From an uncultured Acidobacteriota bacterium (GTDB taxonomy: Bacteria > Acidobacteriota > UBA6911), in NCBI GenBank assembly GCA_963843575.1, contig CAWJKZ010000024.1, forward strand, positions 160,001 to 224,000: a stretch of DNA of 64,000 nucleotides, in the 5' to 3' direction. Every line of letters begins with the position of its first letter. Within the stretch, counting starts at the first letter, position 1. Below, piece by piece: positions 38,216 to 48,331 of this stretch. Position numbers and translations under genes: made by a program. The notes under the pieces are model-generated. The model worked only from the letters and a program-made list of their open reading frames with translations. It searched no databases and was not told the origin of the DNA.

Positions 38216-38917
38216 GAGACCACTTGCCCCGGATCGCCGGCGCGGTCCTGTTCGTGGCCGGGTTCATCCTGCTGGTGACATCCCCTCCCCGGGAGCAATT
38301 CAACGCGCTGCGGCTGTATTTCTCGCTGGGCTGCTTCGTGGCCGGATACCTGCTGGTGCTCGGGCTGATCGGGACGGACCCCGTCGCCGCGCGCGTGCGG
38401 CGCGAGCCGCCTGCCGCCGCCCGCGCCGGACCGTCTGTGTCCCGTCGAGGAACAGATCTTTCCCTACACCGCGACACCCGGGCGCCGGGCGCTGGCGGTC
38501 GGGTCCGGGATCGCGCTCGCGCTGCCGCTCTTGTTTGGCGCGGGCTGGGTTTTCCGCGCGATCCCCGGCAGCCCCCTCGACCGCGCGACGGCGGCGTTCC
38601 CGCTCTTCCTCGGTGCGGCGGTCTGCGGCTGGTGCCCGGTGCGCTGGTCCGGGATGTACGTGAAGGCCGATCGGCAAGGTCTGACCGCGCGGCTGTACTT
38701 TCGCACCGTCTCGCTACGCTGGGAGGACGTGGAGGTCCTGGTCGCGCGCGAGCGCCGGACCCCGACGCTTGTTCTATCCGTCCCGCTGCTCGTGCCGCTC
38801 GAGACCGTTTATACGGTGTACTCCAGGGATTCGATGCTCTACTTCACCGCCCGTCTCCCCGGAAAGGACCGGCTGGCCGCCCTCATCGCCGAGGCGACGG
38901 GCCTCCGCTGGCAGTAG
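38212..38917 (+). CDS. Membrane protein (frameshift near 38460)
   Basis: About four hydrophobic helices followed by a short soluble tail; ATGA overlap with upstream gene. Confidence 0.55.
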
Positions 38918-38923
38918 CCGCCG

Positions 38924-41900
38924 CTATTTCAGCACGAAGCTGACGGTGACCTTCCACGAGCCGTCCCCGGAAAAGACGTGTTCGCCGCTTCCGCGCGCCT
39001 CGTCCGAGGTGTAGGTCCCGGTGACCTTGAATTCCCCGAGCTGAGGTTCTTCGGGCTGCAGCCGCCAGAAATAGAACGTGAAATTCCCCTTTCCGTCGTG
39101 GGTGCCGGTCAAGTCAACGAGCTCGGTCACTTTGACCTCGCAGGTGAGCCACGCGGGGGGTGGGATGCAGTTCGCCTGCGGCATCGGCAGGAGCGGCGAC
39201 GACGTCCGTGCGGTCACGGTGCCGTTGTCGTGCAGCGTCAGGGTGATGGGCAAGACTCCCGCTGCATGACCCTGTCGGGGTACACCCGTAGCTCGACGCG
39301 CGACGTGTACGTCCGATCCACCTGCATGTTCCCCGAGAACTCGAGCTCGCCGGCCTTGACCAGGATCGTCGCGGTGGCCTGTGCCGTCACCGAGTTGGCC
39401 GAGGCGGTGAACCGGATCGTCTTGAGCCCGGACTGCGGGGGCGTGACTTCGGTGCCGAAGGTGTATGCGCCCTCTTGGGCGTTGCCGTACAACTCGAGCG
39501 CCGCCGGGCCCCCGATCGCGCTCAGATCGGCGACCACGGAAGTGGCCCCGAGAGAGTTGCACGAGATCCGCACGCTATTTCGCCTGTTGATGTACAGATC
39601 GCCGGCCGCGGCGGCATCGGTGATCACCAGGTTCACCCGCACGGTGGCGTAAGCCGTGACCGAGTCGCCGGTGCTGCTCGACCCGTAGAATTTCACCTGC
39701 CTGTCCCCCGGGGTCGCCGGCCGGACGCTGATCGCCGAAGCGGGCGCCCAGATGTCGTCCTGTGTCGCGGGGTCCTTTCCCGTGCGGACGAACTCTATGA
39801 CGGCAGGCCCGCCGATGGACGTCGCGTCGGCGCGGACGATGTTGATGCCGCGGGTCGTGCACCGGAGCGTGACCTGCCCGTTCCTGCCGGTTTCGAGCGC
39901 CGCCGCGGGCGTGGCGCTGGCGCCGGTGATGGCGAGCGTCGCGGTTCCCACCTGCACCGATTCGTAGTGCGAATACGACAGCACCGAATGGAAGGTCGTG
40001 AACATCGCGTCCTCGATGATCCAATTCAGCCCCGTGAGGATGTCGAGGGCCGTGTTGACGGCTTCCCCCGTTCCGGCGGTGCCGGCCGCTGCCGCGCACC
40101 CCACGATACTGTGGATGGTGCTCTTGAGCGCCGCGTCGTACAGCTGGTCTGCCGCTCCCTGGTCCCCGGTGAGCCACTCCACGTACTTGTGCCTGCAGGA
40201 ACCGCGGCAATCCCGGACTGGACGGCGATGTCCGCACATTCGGTGAGCGATCCCAATCCCGCGATGGCTCGTACGCCTTCCATCGTGAAGTAGAAGAAAT
40301 CCAGGACCGTCACGGTCGCCAGGACCTGCGCGTCCGCGAGGCTGACCCCGCGCAGCTCGGCCGGCAGTCCCCGGCTCTTGTAGAAGGGTATCGCGCGTGA
40401 AAACGAGCCGTAGGTCTTCACGACACCGGACGGATTGGCCCGCACCACCGCGCCGGTCTCGTTGCCGTAAAGCTTGGTGGCCCCCCCTCCCATGTATTCC
40501 AGGAACTTGTCGAGAAAATCGAACAGCTCGGTGGGAATCGTGCTGGCCCGCAACGGGAGGTAGCGGGCGACTTCGCCTGTGAAGTCTCCCTTGGCCGCAG
40601 CCCATCGCCGGGTGGTATTCACGCCGTCGGATCAGCAGGGCGGTTTCCTGTCCTTCGTAGGTCAGGTCGACTCCTGTTTTCATGGAGATCCTGTCGGCTC
40701 CGCCGGGGAACACTCCTTCCCGGAGAATTTCTCCTGCGGCACTGGGGGCGGAGGCACCGCCGCTCAGCCCCGTCAGGAAATAGCCGACCGCCCTCCGTGA
40801 GTTCTGATCCGAAAGCGCCGCGTTCCCCAGCGCGGGGTGATACAGGTAGGCCTTGCCGTTCTTGATGATCGCGACGAGGGATTCAGGCGCCAGGGCGGCG
40901 GTGTTTTGATAGGACTGTCCCTGGGAGATGATCGTGGCCCCGGGGGCGATCACGACGCCGTTGGAGTACCCGGCGCTGCCGTCGGGGACGTCGACGCCTC
41001 GAGCCCGGATGCCCGCGGCGAAAGCGTCCAGGGTCGTGAGATCGGCGGCGAGGTTGAGCTGGAAAGCCACGATGGGCTGGTCGGAGGAATAGTGCACGCT
41101 GGTGTACTCGGGCGTCTCGGGAGGGAAAAACTCAAAGGTGAATCCCAGCTGCTTCGCAAAAGGTGCTACCTGCGTCGTCCGTGAAATGACGGTTCTACCC
41201 TGGTCGTCGAATGCGGTCAGGGTCACGTTCGCCTTCGTGCCGGAAACGTTCACGAAGGCGATGCCGGTGTAGGAGAACTTCTCCACGCTGGGGAAAATCC
41301 CTTCCTTGGAGCTGATGTTCACCCCGGTGTAGCCTGCCATCATGTCGCCGTTCTGAGCGGCGAACAGCTCGAAGCCGGTGACCGGCACGCTCCCTTCGAC
41401 CTCGAGCCAGGCGGCTTCCTGGGGCAGGCCCAGGGTGCTGAGCAGCCCGATATAGCGTTGGCGCGGCTTCAGCGTCCGGGTCACTTCCGGGCAGGGAGGT
41501 CCCGTCGTAGCGGTGCGGTGTGATGCGCAGCCGGCAATCGACCGCGGCGGGATTGAAGACCACGATGCCGGTCCACCAGAAGTCGTCCTGCGCAAGGTGT
41601 GGGAAGAAGAGGCGGTTCGCGGTTTCGTCTTCCAGCAGCAGCCCGTCGAGAAGGGCGGGGCCGGTCTGGTTCGTGCTGCCAAACAGTTCGGTGCCGACGA
41701 TCCCGGCGCCGTTCTTCACGATGGCCGACTCGAGAGCCGGCTGGGGTTGACCCCCGAACCACTCCTGCACCTGCGCGTAGAATCGCCCGTGCGCGGGCAG
41801 GTCCACCGATTTCGTCGCCCCGTTGTTGAATTCGATCGTCAGCTGCTTGGGATAGGGCGTTGTGTTGACGAGGCTGATGCCCGTCCACCAGTCGGCGAGC

Positions 41901-42320
41901 GAGGCGATGTGGGTGATGTAGAAGTCGCCCGTGTTGGGTTTGGCGGCTGCGGCGATCGAGGCCAGTGCGCGGCCCGGGGTCCCCACGCGCGCGAAGCCGC
42001 TCACGGTCAGCGACGGCGATTCAAAAACGACATAGCCGATGTTCGCGATGCCCGGGAAGATCTCTTCCAGCCCGCGCTTGACGCGCGCATTCGGTGCGAG
42101 CGTCACCGGCGCCGATTCCGCCAGCATCAACCCGGCGTCGGAGAAGGCCCTGAACGTCCCCCTGACCGGATCGGCGGCGCTCGTGTTTGCGACGCAGATC
42201 TCGGTGCTCCACCCGGTGCGGGATGACGGCGTGAGGATAGTGCAGCGCCGCGCCCGCGTCACGGGCCGAGGCCAGAGTCAAGAGCACGAACGAGACAATG
42301 ACGGTAAAGCATCGCAGCAT
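38924..42320 (-). CDS. Large secreted repeat/Ig-like domain protein (multiple frameshifts)
   Basis: Signal peptide; four repeats of [L/F]x[Y/F]P/TH...TGIxxxN type; C-terminal beta-rich repeats. Confidence 0.65.
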
Positions 42321-42393
42321 GGCTTGCTCCGCTCCACATCTCTGGGTTCAATGCCCTCCAACCATCCGTGCAATCCGCGCAAATCCGCGTCCT

Positions 42394-43548
42394 CTAGCGG
42401 CCGGCGACCTTGAGGCCGGCAAGCAACCACTTCGGCAGATCGGAGACACTCTTCCCGTGCGATTTCAGGAAGCGCGCCATGCGCTCGGGGTACTGGCGTT
42501 TCGGGAAGAGGAAGTCGAGCGAGTTTTCCAGGCCGATCCGGGCCATCCGCTCCTCCCCGAGCTGCAGGAACGGCTTGACGTAATCGGTTTCGCGCCAGGT
42601 GTGGCGCGTCATGGACCAGTCAGTCCCGAAGATGATGCGCTTGCCCGCGAGGTGGTCCTTGTCGAGCAGGTTTTTCAGAACTTCGAAGTACGGCCCGCTC
42701 GTCGATCGCTCAAGCGCCTGGCGGTTGTAGGCGAGGTCCGCGTAGACGTTGGGGTACTTCCAGATCAGGTCGCGGATCTGGCAGGACCACGAGCCAGGAT
42801 CCTTGATCTGGGCGAGGTCCCCGCCGAAGTGCGCCAGGTTGAGGTAGAGGTCGGGATACTTCTTCAGGACGCCGGCCCAGACGGCGGGTCGCGTGAACTC
42901 GCTGCGCACTTCCTTCACCTTGAGGACGTCGTTGCTGTAAGCGCCGCCCGGGGAGCAGTGCGTTGTGATCGGGATTTGGTTCCTGGCGCAGTAGTCGTAG
43001 ATCTTGTTCAGATCGTCGTTGGTCTGCGGATCGTTGTAGACCGAGTCCGGGTCGGGGTGATAGCCGAGCGCCGGGTACATTTTGATCCCGAGAAAGCCGA
43101 GCTCCTCGAGGCAGCGCCGGGTGAGGTCCGCGGCGCGGGTGCGGCGCGGATCCACCATAGCGAAGGGCATCAGGGCACCGAAGTGCTCGATCGATATGTC
43201 CGAGATCAGCTTCAGCTGGTAGTTGTAGGGGATCTGCGGGTTGTCGGTGAAGGTGGCGCGCCCCATGTCGACGATGAGCGGGACCGCGAGCTGGATGCCG
43301 GCGGCTTCCATCTCCTGCCGCAGCCGGAGCGCGACCTCGTGTATGTCCATCTTCATGAGGTCGTACACCTCGTGCAGGCGGCGCAGCTTCCTGCGCGGCA
43401 TGGACCCGGCGATCACGCGGACCAGCGGGCGGGTGCTGCCGTGGCGGAGCATCCACTCGAGCGCGGCCGACCGGCTCTTGAAGCACGCCGGCGAGATGAA
43501 CTGGTAGTTGAGCAGGTGACAGTGGGCGTTGATGAGTTTGGCGGGCAT
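42394..43548 (-). CDS. Amidohydrolase_2-family metal-dependent hydrolase
   Basis: INAHCH, GIKMYPALGY, TTHC, LAHFGG, IIFGTDW. Confidence 0.88.
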   Translation of the reverse strand: MPAKLINAHCHLLNYQFISPACFKSRSAALEWMLRHGSTRPLVRVIAGSMPRRKLRRLHEVYDLMKMDIHEVALRLRQEMEAAGIQLAVPLIVDMGRATFTDNPQIPYNYQLKLISDISIEHFGALMPFAMVDPRRTRAADLTRRCLEELGFLGIKMYPALGYHPDPDSVYNDPQTNDDLNKIYDYCARNQIPITTHCSPGGAYSNDVLKVKEVRSEFTRPAVWAGVLKKYPDLYLNLAHFGGDLAQIKDPGSWSCQIRDLIWKYPNVYADLAYNRQALERSTSGPYFEVLKNLLDKDHLAGKRIIFGTDWSMTRHTWRETDYVKPFLQLGEERMARIGLENSLDFLFPKRQYPERMARFLKSHGKSVSDLPKWLLAGLKVAGR

Positions 43549-43634
43549 GATTGGCTATCATAAAACAAAAAGCGTACGGCGGAGGATGCGGAAATCTCCG
43601 GCCGTTTTCCCTGACACGTTTTCCCGTTCAATTG

Positions 43635-43643
43635 TGCTATAAG
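43635..43643 (+). promoter_or_regulatory. Possible extended -10 promoter for the ESCRT-like locus
   Basis: TGcTATAAG in the divergent intergenic region; no well-spaced -35. Confidence 0.35.
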
Positions 43644-43689
43644 GGGGCGTTCGCAAAACAAGTCAGCTCGAAGGGTTACCGCAATCGCC

Positions 43690-44553
43690 ATGCACCGGTT
43701 GACGGATCCATTCTGGGCATTCTGGGGCAGGATCCTGCTCAAGCCCGTGGCGTTGGTCGTGCTGAGCGCCTCGATGCTTTTCGAGGGCTATCACCTCCTC
43801 GCCCCGTCCGGGGACAGCCTCGGCGGCATCCGCCGCGATCTCGCCGAACAGGTCTGCGGCAAGGCCGTCGACGAGCTGCCGAAGATGAACGGCGTCCCGT
43901 CCCTCGCGGTTCTCAACCTCGCCGGCGACGACCAGGGGCTCGTCACCGAAATCCTGCGCGCGCGGCTCGAAGCTTCCGGCGAGTTCCGCCTGATGGAGCC
44001 CGGCTTTTTCAGGAAGCTCCTGCGCGAATTCGGCAAGGAGGAAGCGCCCGTCTCGCGTCTCGCCGACGCGGTCGACATGGCCCGCAAGCTCGGGGTCGAC
44101 CTGGTCCTCTTCGGCGAACTCCCGGAATTCAAGGCCTCGGCCGACCGTGCCGCGATCCGGCTCGAGCTGCGGATGGCCGAGCGCGCGACAGGCCAGGCTT
44201 TGTTCGCGCGCAGCTACTCGGAGAGCGTGGGCAGCGGCCCGGGTCGTTTCAGCTGGCGCGCGCGCATGGCGGGGAGCGCCAAGGGGCGCAGGATATTCAT
44301 CTGGGTCGCGTTCACCCTGCTGCTCCCACTCCTGACCGTCCCCTTGATCCGCCGCATCATCTCGGTCGAATCGAATCTCGTCAACCTCGTCCTGCTCGTG
44401 GCCTACACGGCCGTCGACCTGGCGCTCGCGTTCTTCCTGACGGGCTTCTGGATTCCCGGGATCTGGACCGCGGTCGTGCTGCTGCTCGCGCTCGCGGCGA
44501 GCGCTCTCTACAACTACGTGATTGCTTCGTTTATCGAAGAGATGAGTCACTGA
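43690..44553 (+). CDS. Membrane protein with CsgG/FlgO-like alpha/beta domain and C-terminal TM bundle
   Basis: N-terminal TM; LAVLNL...ARKLGVDLVLFGEL...LRMAERATGQ; three to four C-terminal TM helices. Confidence 0.65.
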   Translation: MHRLTDPFWAFWGRILLKPVALVVLSASMLFEGYHLLAPSGDSLGGIRRDLAEQVCGKAVDELPKMNGVPSLAVLNLAGDDQGLVTEILRARLEASGEFRLMEPGFFRKLLREFGKEEAPVSRLADAVDMARKLGVDLVLFGELPEFKASADRAAIRLELRMAERATGQALFARSYSESVGSGPGRFSWRARMAGSAKGRRIFIWVAFTLLLPLLTVPLIRRIISVESNLVNLVLLVAYTAVDLALAFFLTGFWIPGIWTAVVLLLALAASALYNYVIASFIEEMSH

Positions 44554-44563
44554 GGTAACCGAT

Positions 44564-45160
44564 ATGGCTCTGTTCAAATCCAAAGAAGAGCGGCGCATCG
44601 AAAGGAACATCCAGATCCGCAAGGCCGTGACCCAGATCCGCCGCCAGATCGCCTCCAACGGCAAACACGAGAGCGATTACATCGCCAAGGCGAAGAGAGC
44701 CCGGAAAATGGGCTGGGACAACCAGTACGAGTTCCTCAAGAAGGCGATCAAGAAGACCGCCACGATCAAGGTCCGGCTCGAGCGGCAGCTGCTGGCGCTG
44801 GAATCCGCCGTGCAGATCAAGGAGCAGGCCGAAGGGCACCACGAGTTCGCGAGCGCGATGAACGCGCTGTCGAAGTCGATCGCCGAGGTGTTCGGCGCCA
44901 CCGACATGGCCAAGACCCAGGTCAATTTCGAGAAGGCGATGTCGCAGGCCGAGAGCCTGGAAGAGCGGATGGACACGTTCCTCGAGATGACGTCCGAGTC
45001 GATGTTCGACTACGAGGGGAGTTCCGAGCGCGAGCTCGTCAGCGACGGCGACATCGACAAGATGCTCGAGGAGGAAGTGCAGCACGAGGAACGCGAAGGG
45101 ATAGACGAAGAAATCGACAAGGACATTTCGGCCATCCAGAAGGAAATCGAGAAAAAATAA
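44564..45160 (+). CDS. ESCRT-III (Snf7/Vps2/CdvB)-like protein 1
   Basis: 198 aa, MALF N-terminus, basic helical hairpin (KAKRARKMG...RLERQLLALE), acidic C-terminal half. Confidence 0.75.
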   Translation: MALFKSKEERRIERNIQIRKAVTQIRRQIASNGKHESDYIAKAKRARKMGWDNQYEFLKKAIKKTATIKVRLERQLLALESAVQIKEQAEGHHEFASAMNALSKSIAEVFGATDMAKTQVNFEKAMSQAESLEERMDTFLEMTSESMFDYEGSSERELVSDGDIDKMLEEEVQHEEREGIDEEIDKDISAIQKEIEKK

Positions 45161-45162
45161 TG

Positions 45163-45199
45163 TGGAGTGCGCGCCTCGGCGCCTCGACGCCGCACTCCA
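45163..45199. repeat. Short family A palindrome between ESCRT-III gene 1 and ATPase 1
   Basis: TGGAGTGC...GCACTCCA inverted ends. Confidence 0.7.
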
Positions 45200-45203
45200 G
45201 AAG

Positions 45204-46310
45204 ATGAATACGATGCAGTTCTTCCTTGATCAGTACGAGAAGAACAAGGACCAGGGGCTCGACTATCTCAAGGTCGGGGACTACGAGCAGGCAGGTTACC
45301 ACCTGCTCCTCGCGGCGAAGTACCTGCTGACCGCGGCGCAGCGGTCGGAGCCGGGGCTCAAGAAAGTGAGACACGCGAAGGCGTTGAAGCTGCGCGAGCT
45401 CGCGCTCTCGGCGAAGGGTCGGACTCCCCCCAGGAAGGCTGCGGGGGCCAGGGACCAGGACGGCGATCTGACGCCCGAGAGCAAGTGGATTGTCTCCGAG
45501 AAGCCGAACGTCCGGTTCGACCAGGTCGCCGGCCTCGCGGACGTCAAGGAAGCGATCAACCTGCGCGTCATCCTGCCGTTTCGCAATCCCGACGCCGCGA
45601 AGCGCTTCAGGAAGAAGGCGGGGGGCGGCATCCTCCTGTACGGACCGCCGGGCACCGGCAAGACGATGATCGGCAAAGCGGTCGCGACCGAGCTCGACGC
45701 GCAGTTCCTCAACGTCAAGAGCTCGAACATCATGTCGCCGTGGGTCGGGGTGGCCGAGCAGAACCTCGCGCGGCTGTTCGAGGTGGCGCGCCGGTATCCC
45801 ATCTCGGTGATTTTCCTGGATGAGACCGAGGCCCTGGTCGGGAAGCGCGGCAGCCAGTCGACCGTGATGAACCGCGTAGTCCCGGAGTTCCTCTCGCAGG
45901 TCGACGGACTCGACCCGAAGGTGAACTGCATCCTGCTGATGGGGGCCACGAACCGGCCGTGGGACATGGACGAGGCGGCCCTGCGCACCGGGCGCTTCGG
46001 CGAGATGATCTACGTGGGTCTCCCCGATGCCGCGGCCCGCGAACAGATACTCCATTTCCACCTGGACGGCATCCCGATGGCGTCCGACATCGACCTCCCT
46101 GCCCTGGCGGCGAGGCTGGACGGCTTCAGCGGAGCGGACATCGCGGGTGTCTGCATCAAAGCGACCGATTTCCCCTTTCAGCGGCAGATCCGCTCGGGGG
46201 CCGACACGATTCTGACCAAGGAGGACCTGGACCGGGCCGCTGCGGAAGTCGTCCCGTCGGTGACCCAGGCCATGCTGGAGCGCTATCGCAAGTTCGCGGA
46301 GGCGAGGTAA
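45204..46310 (+). CDS. Vps4/CdvC-like AAA+ ATPase 1 with MIT-like N-terminus
   Basis: Three-helix N-terminus; SEKPNVRFDQVAGL, GPPGTGKT, SPWVG pore loop, FLDE, ATNRPW; single AAA module. Confidence 0.85.
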   Translation: MNTMQFFLDQYEKNKDQGLDYLKVGDYEQAGYHLLLAAKYLLTAAQRSEPGLKKVRHAKALKLRELALSAKGRTPPRKAAGARDQDGDLTPESKWIVSEKPNVRFDQVAGLADVKEAINLRVILPFRNPDAAKRFRKKAGGGILLYGPPGTGKTMIGKAVATELDAQFLNVKSSNIMSPWVGVAEQNLARLFEVARRYPISVIFLDETEALVGKRGSQSTVMNRVVPEFLSQVDGLDPKVNCILLMGATNRPWDMDEAALRTGRFGEMIYVGLPDAAAREQILHFHLDGIPMASDIDLPALAARLDGFSGADIAGVCIKATDFPFQRQIRSGADTILTKEDLDRAAAEVVPSVTQAMLERYRKFAEAR

Positions 46311-46334
46311 CGCCGCCCGCTTTGGAGTCGACCG

Positions 46335-47030
46335 ATGAGTGACCCCGTAAGCCACAGCCTCCCTGCCGCGCCGCGCTGGGGCGAACTCTTCCTCGAGCGG
46401 TTCGACCTGAACGTGCGCGCCTGCGGCGCCGTCGTGCACCCGGCCGACGGGACCGTGCTCAAGGTCAATCCGAAGATGCTGGGGCAAACTTTCCGCCGGG
46501 ACTTCGGCGAAGTGGTGCTCTTCTCGCTCTCCGCCGGCCTCATCGCCAGATCCCGCCTGCACCTGGCCGCCATCCGGCTGAACGACGGCGTCCCCGAGCC
46601 GGAACTCCTGCGCCGCGTGGGCGGTCCCGACGGACTCGATTTCGTGGGCGATCATTTTTACTCCGTCGGGTTGTTCGCGCCCGGCGGCTGGCCCGAAGAG
46701 TGGAAGGCACAGGCGGCGCTGCGCGGCAACGCGCTGTTCTACCTGGTCGAGAAGGGGGACGGAACCGGCTGGGGCGTGTTCGGCCCGGAAAACCCTCTCC
46801 TGCGGCTGTTCGACCCCGAGACGACCATCGAGAAGGCGGCCCGGGCGGCGCAGGCCCTCGCGGGGCACCCACGGCTCGTGATGCCGGGGGACCAGGTCGA
46901 AGCCGGCGCGTTCGCCGCGGAACTGCGCCTGGACGCGGAGGCCCTGGAGAAAGCGCTGGCAGCTTCGCAGGGGCGCTTCCACAAGATGGAGTACAAGGGC
47001 AAGACCTACATACAGCGGTCAATCCGGTAG
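46335..47030 (+). CDS. Hypothetical protein with possible C-terminal winged-helix-like domain
   Basis: Intact 231-aa ORF; tail AFAAELRLDAEALEKALAASQGRFHKMEYKGKTYI (helices then beta hairpin). Confidence 0.55.
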   Translation: MSDPVSHSLPAAPRWGELFLERFDLNVRACGAVVHPADGTVLKVNPKMLGQTFRRDFGEVVLFSLSAGLIARSRLHLAAIRLNDGVPEPELLRRVGGPDGLDFVGDHFYSVGLFAPGGWPEEWKAQAALRGNALFYLVEKGDGTGWGVFGPENPLLRLFDPETTIEKAARAAQALAGHPRLVMPGDQVEAGAFAAELRLDAEALEKALAASQGRFHKMEYKGKTYIQRSIR

Positions 47031-47038
47031 GAGGAATC

Positions 47039-47650
47039 ATGTCCGTGATGGAGAAACTCAGAGCGCTGTTCCAGAGCGAGAGTCTGCCGGACGAGACGCG
47101 CCAGCTTTACAGCAGGGCGTCCACGCCGCACGAACTCATCAAGGAGCTGGAGGGGTTGCGGGGCCGCAACGAGGTCGACCTGCGCGAGAACGAGCAGGAG
47201 CTGATCGGGCTCGAGAAGGCGGTCCTGCTGGAGGAGGACGCCGTGCGCCGGGGAGGGATGACCCCGACCGAAGAGACGATCGTGCTGCGCCGGATCGAAC
47301 GGCTGCAAAAGCAGCGGGAGAACCTCGACCGGCAGGTCTCGATCTACAACGAAAACGTCAACCTGCACCTCAACCTCATCGCCAGAATCCAGGAGATGGA
47401 GGCGATGCGCTCCCGCGGGGTCGCCGAGGACCAGATCGACCGGCTCGTCGAGGATGTCGAGGGGCACGTCGAAGAGTACAAACGGGTGAGCATTGCGGCC
47501 GAAGGGGGCTCGACCATGGGTTCGGCCATCGACCACTCGGCCGAGCGCCGCCGCCTGGACGAGATCAAGAACCGCATCCTGGCCAGGGACAGGGAACGTC
47601 CACGCGCCGCGGACGAGGAACCCGTCGAACCCCCCAAAGACCTGGAGTGA
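47039..47650 (+). CDS. ESCRT-III/PspA-superfamily-like protein 2
   Basis: 203 aa after AGGAGG; MEKLRALF amphipathic start, long coiled-coil hairpin, terminal helix RRRLDEIKNRIL. Confidence 0.6.
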   Translation: MSVMEKLRALFQSESLPDETRQLYSRASTPHELIKELEGLRGRNEVDLRENEQELIGLEKAVLLEEDAVRRGGMTPTEETIVLRRIERLQKQRENLDRQVSIYNENVNLHLNLIARIQEMEAMRSRGVAEDQIDRLVEDVEGHVEEYKRVSIAAEGGSTMGSAIDHSAERRRLDEIKNRILARDRERPRAADEEPVEPPKDLE

Positions 47651-47686
47651 TCCCAGCTATCACGATTCATCAAAGGAGATCGAATC

Positions 47687-48307
47687 ATGAACCTGATCGA
47701 AAAGCTGTTCAGCAAATCGCCCACCGCGGCGGACCTCCGGGTCCAGCTCAAGGAGATCGAAAGGGACCAGAAGAAGAAGCGGCGCGACCTCGACATCGTC
47801 GAGCGCAACAAGCAGCAGAAGGTCAAGGAAGCCGTCGCCGCAAAGAAGAATGGCAAACAGGAGGTGCTCCGGGACATCTTCCGGGAGATGCGGCAGATGG
47901 AGATCGAGAACGGCTATGCAAACGCCGACCTGCGCCGCCTGTCGCTGGCCAAGACCGCGCTGACGTCCTTCCTGCGCAAGATGGAGATGCTCGAGCGGAA
48001 GAAGGACCGGAAGAGCCTGCAGAACCTGATCGTGCGGTTCAAAGACAGCTCGATCCAGAAGGCGATCGACACGGCGGAAGTCGACGACGACACCTTCAAC
48101 GACATGCTGGAAGAGATCCTCGGCGAAGAGGAGTTGTCGGTCACGCAGGGGAGGGTGAAAGAAGATACCGGGTTTGCCGACTTCGACCGGGCGATCGGCG
48201 AGATGGCGAAGGCCGAGGAGGCCGGTTCGGACGAAGAGGATCTCAACAAGTTCCAGGAAGAGATCGACAAGGCCGTCCGGGCGGAAAAAGTGCGGGACGA
48301 GGCGTAG
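47687..48307 (+). CDS. ESCRT-III (Vps24/Vps2/CdvB)-like protein 3
   Basis: 206 aa, MNLIEKLFSK start, basic hairpin with AKKNGKQEV turn, acidic C-terminal half. Confidence 0.75.
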   Translation: MNLIEKLFSKSPTAADLRVQLKEIERDQKKKRRDLDIVERNKQQKVKEAVAAKKNGKQEVLRDIFREMRQMEIENGYANADLRRLSLAKTALTSFLRKMEMLERKKDRKSLQNLIVRFKDSSIQKAIDTAEVDDDTFNDMLEEILGEEELSVTQGRVKEDTGFADFDRAIGEMAKAEEAGSDEEDLNKFQEEIDKAVRAEKVRDEA

Positions 48308-48331
48308 CAGGGGTTCTGGAGGCCTGATCAC

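Noticed and set aside
45162-45203. ORF-track start of ATPase 1 (MECAPRRLDAALQK)
   Set aside because: This is translation of the family A palindrome; ATG at 45204 is the more plausible start
44564-48307. Calling the small helical proteins ordinary PspA
   Set aside because: No recognisable PspA N-terminal pattern (R....N...D..EDP) and no pspF/B/C; the basic-acidic layout and adjacent MIT-AAA genes fit Snf7/CdvB better, though the superfamily is shared
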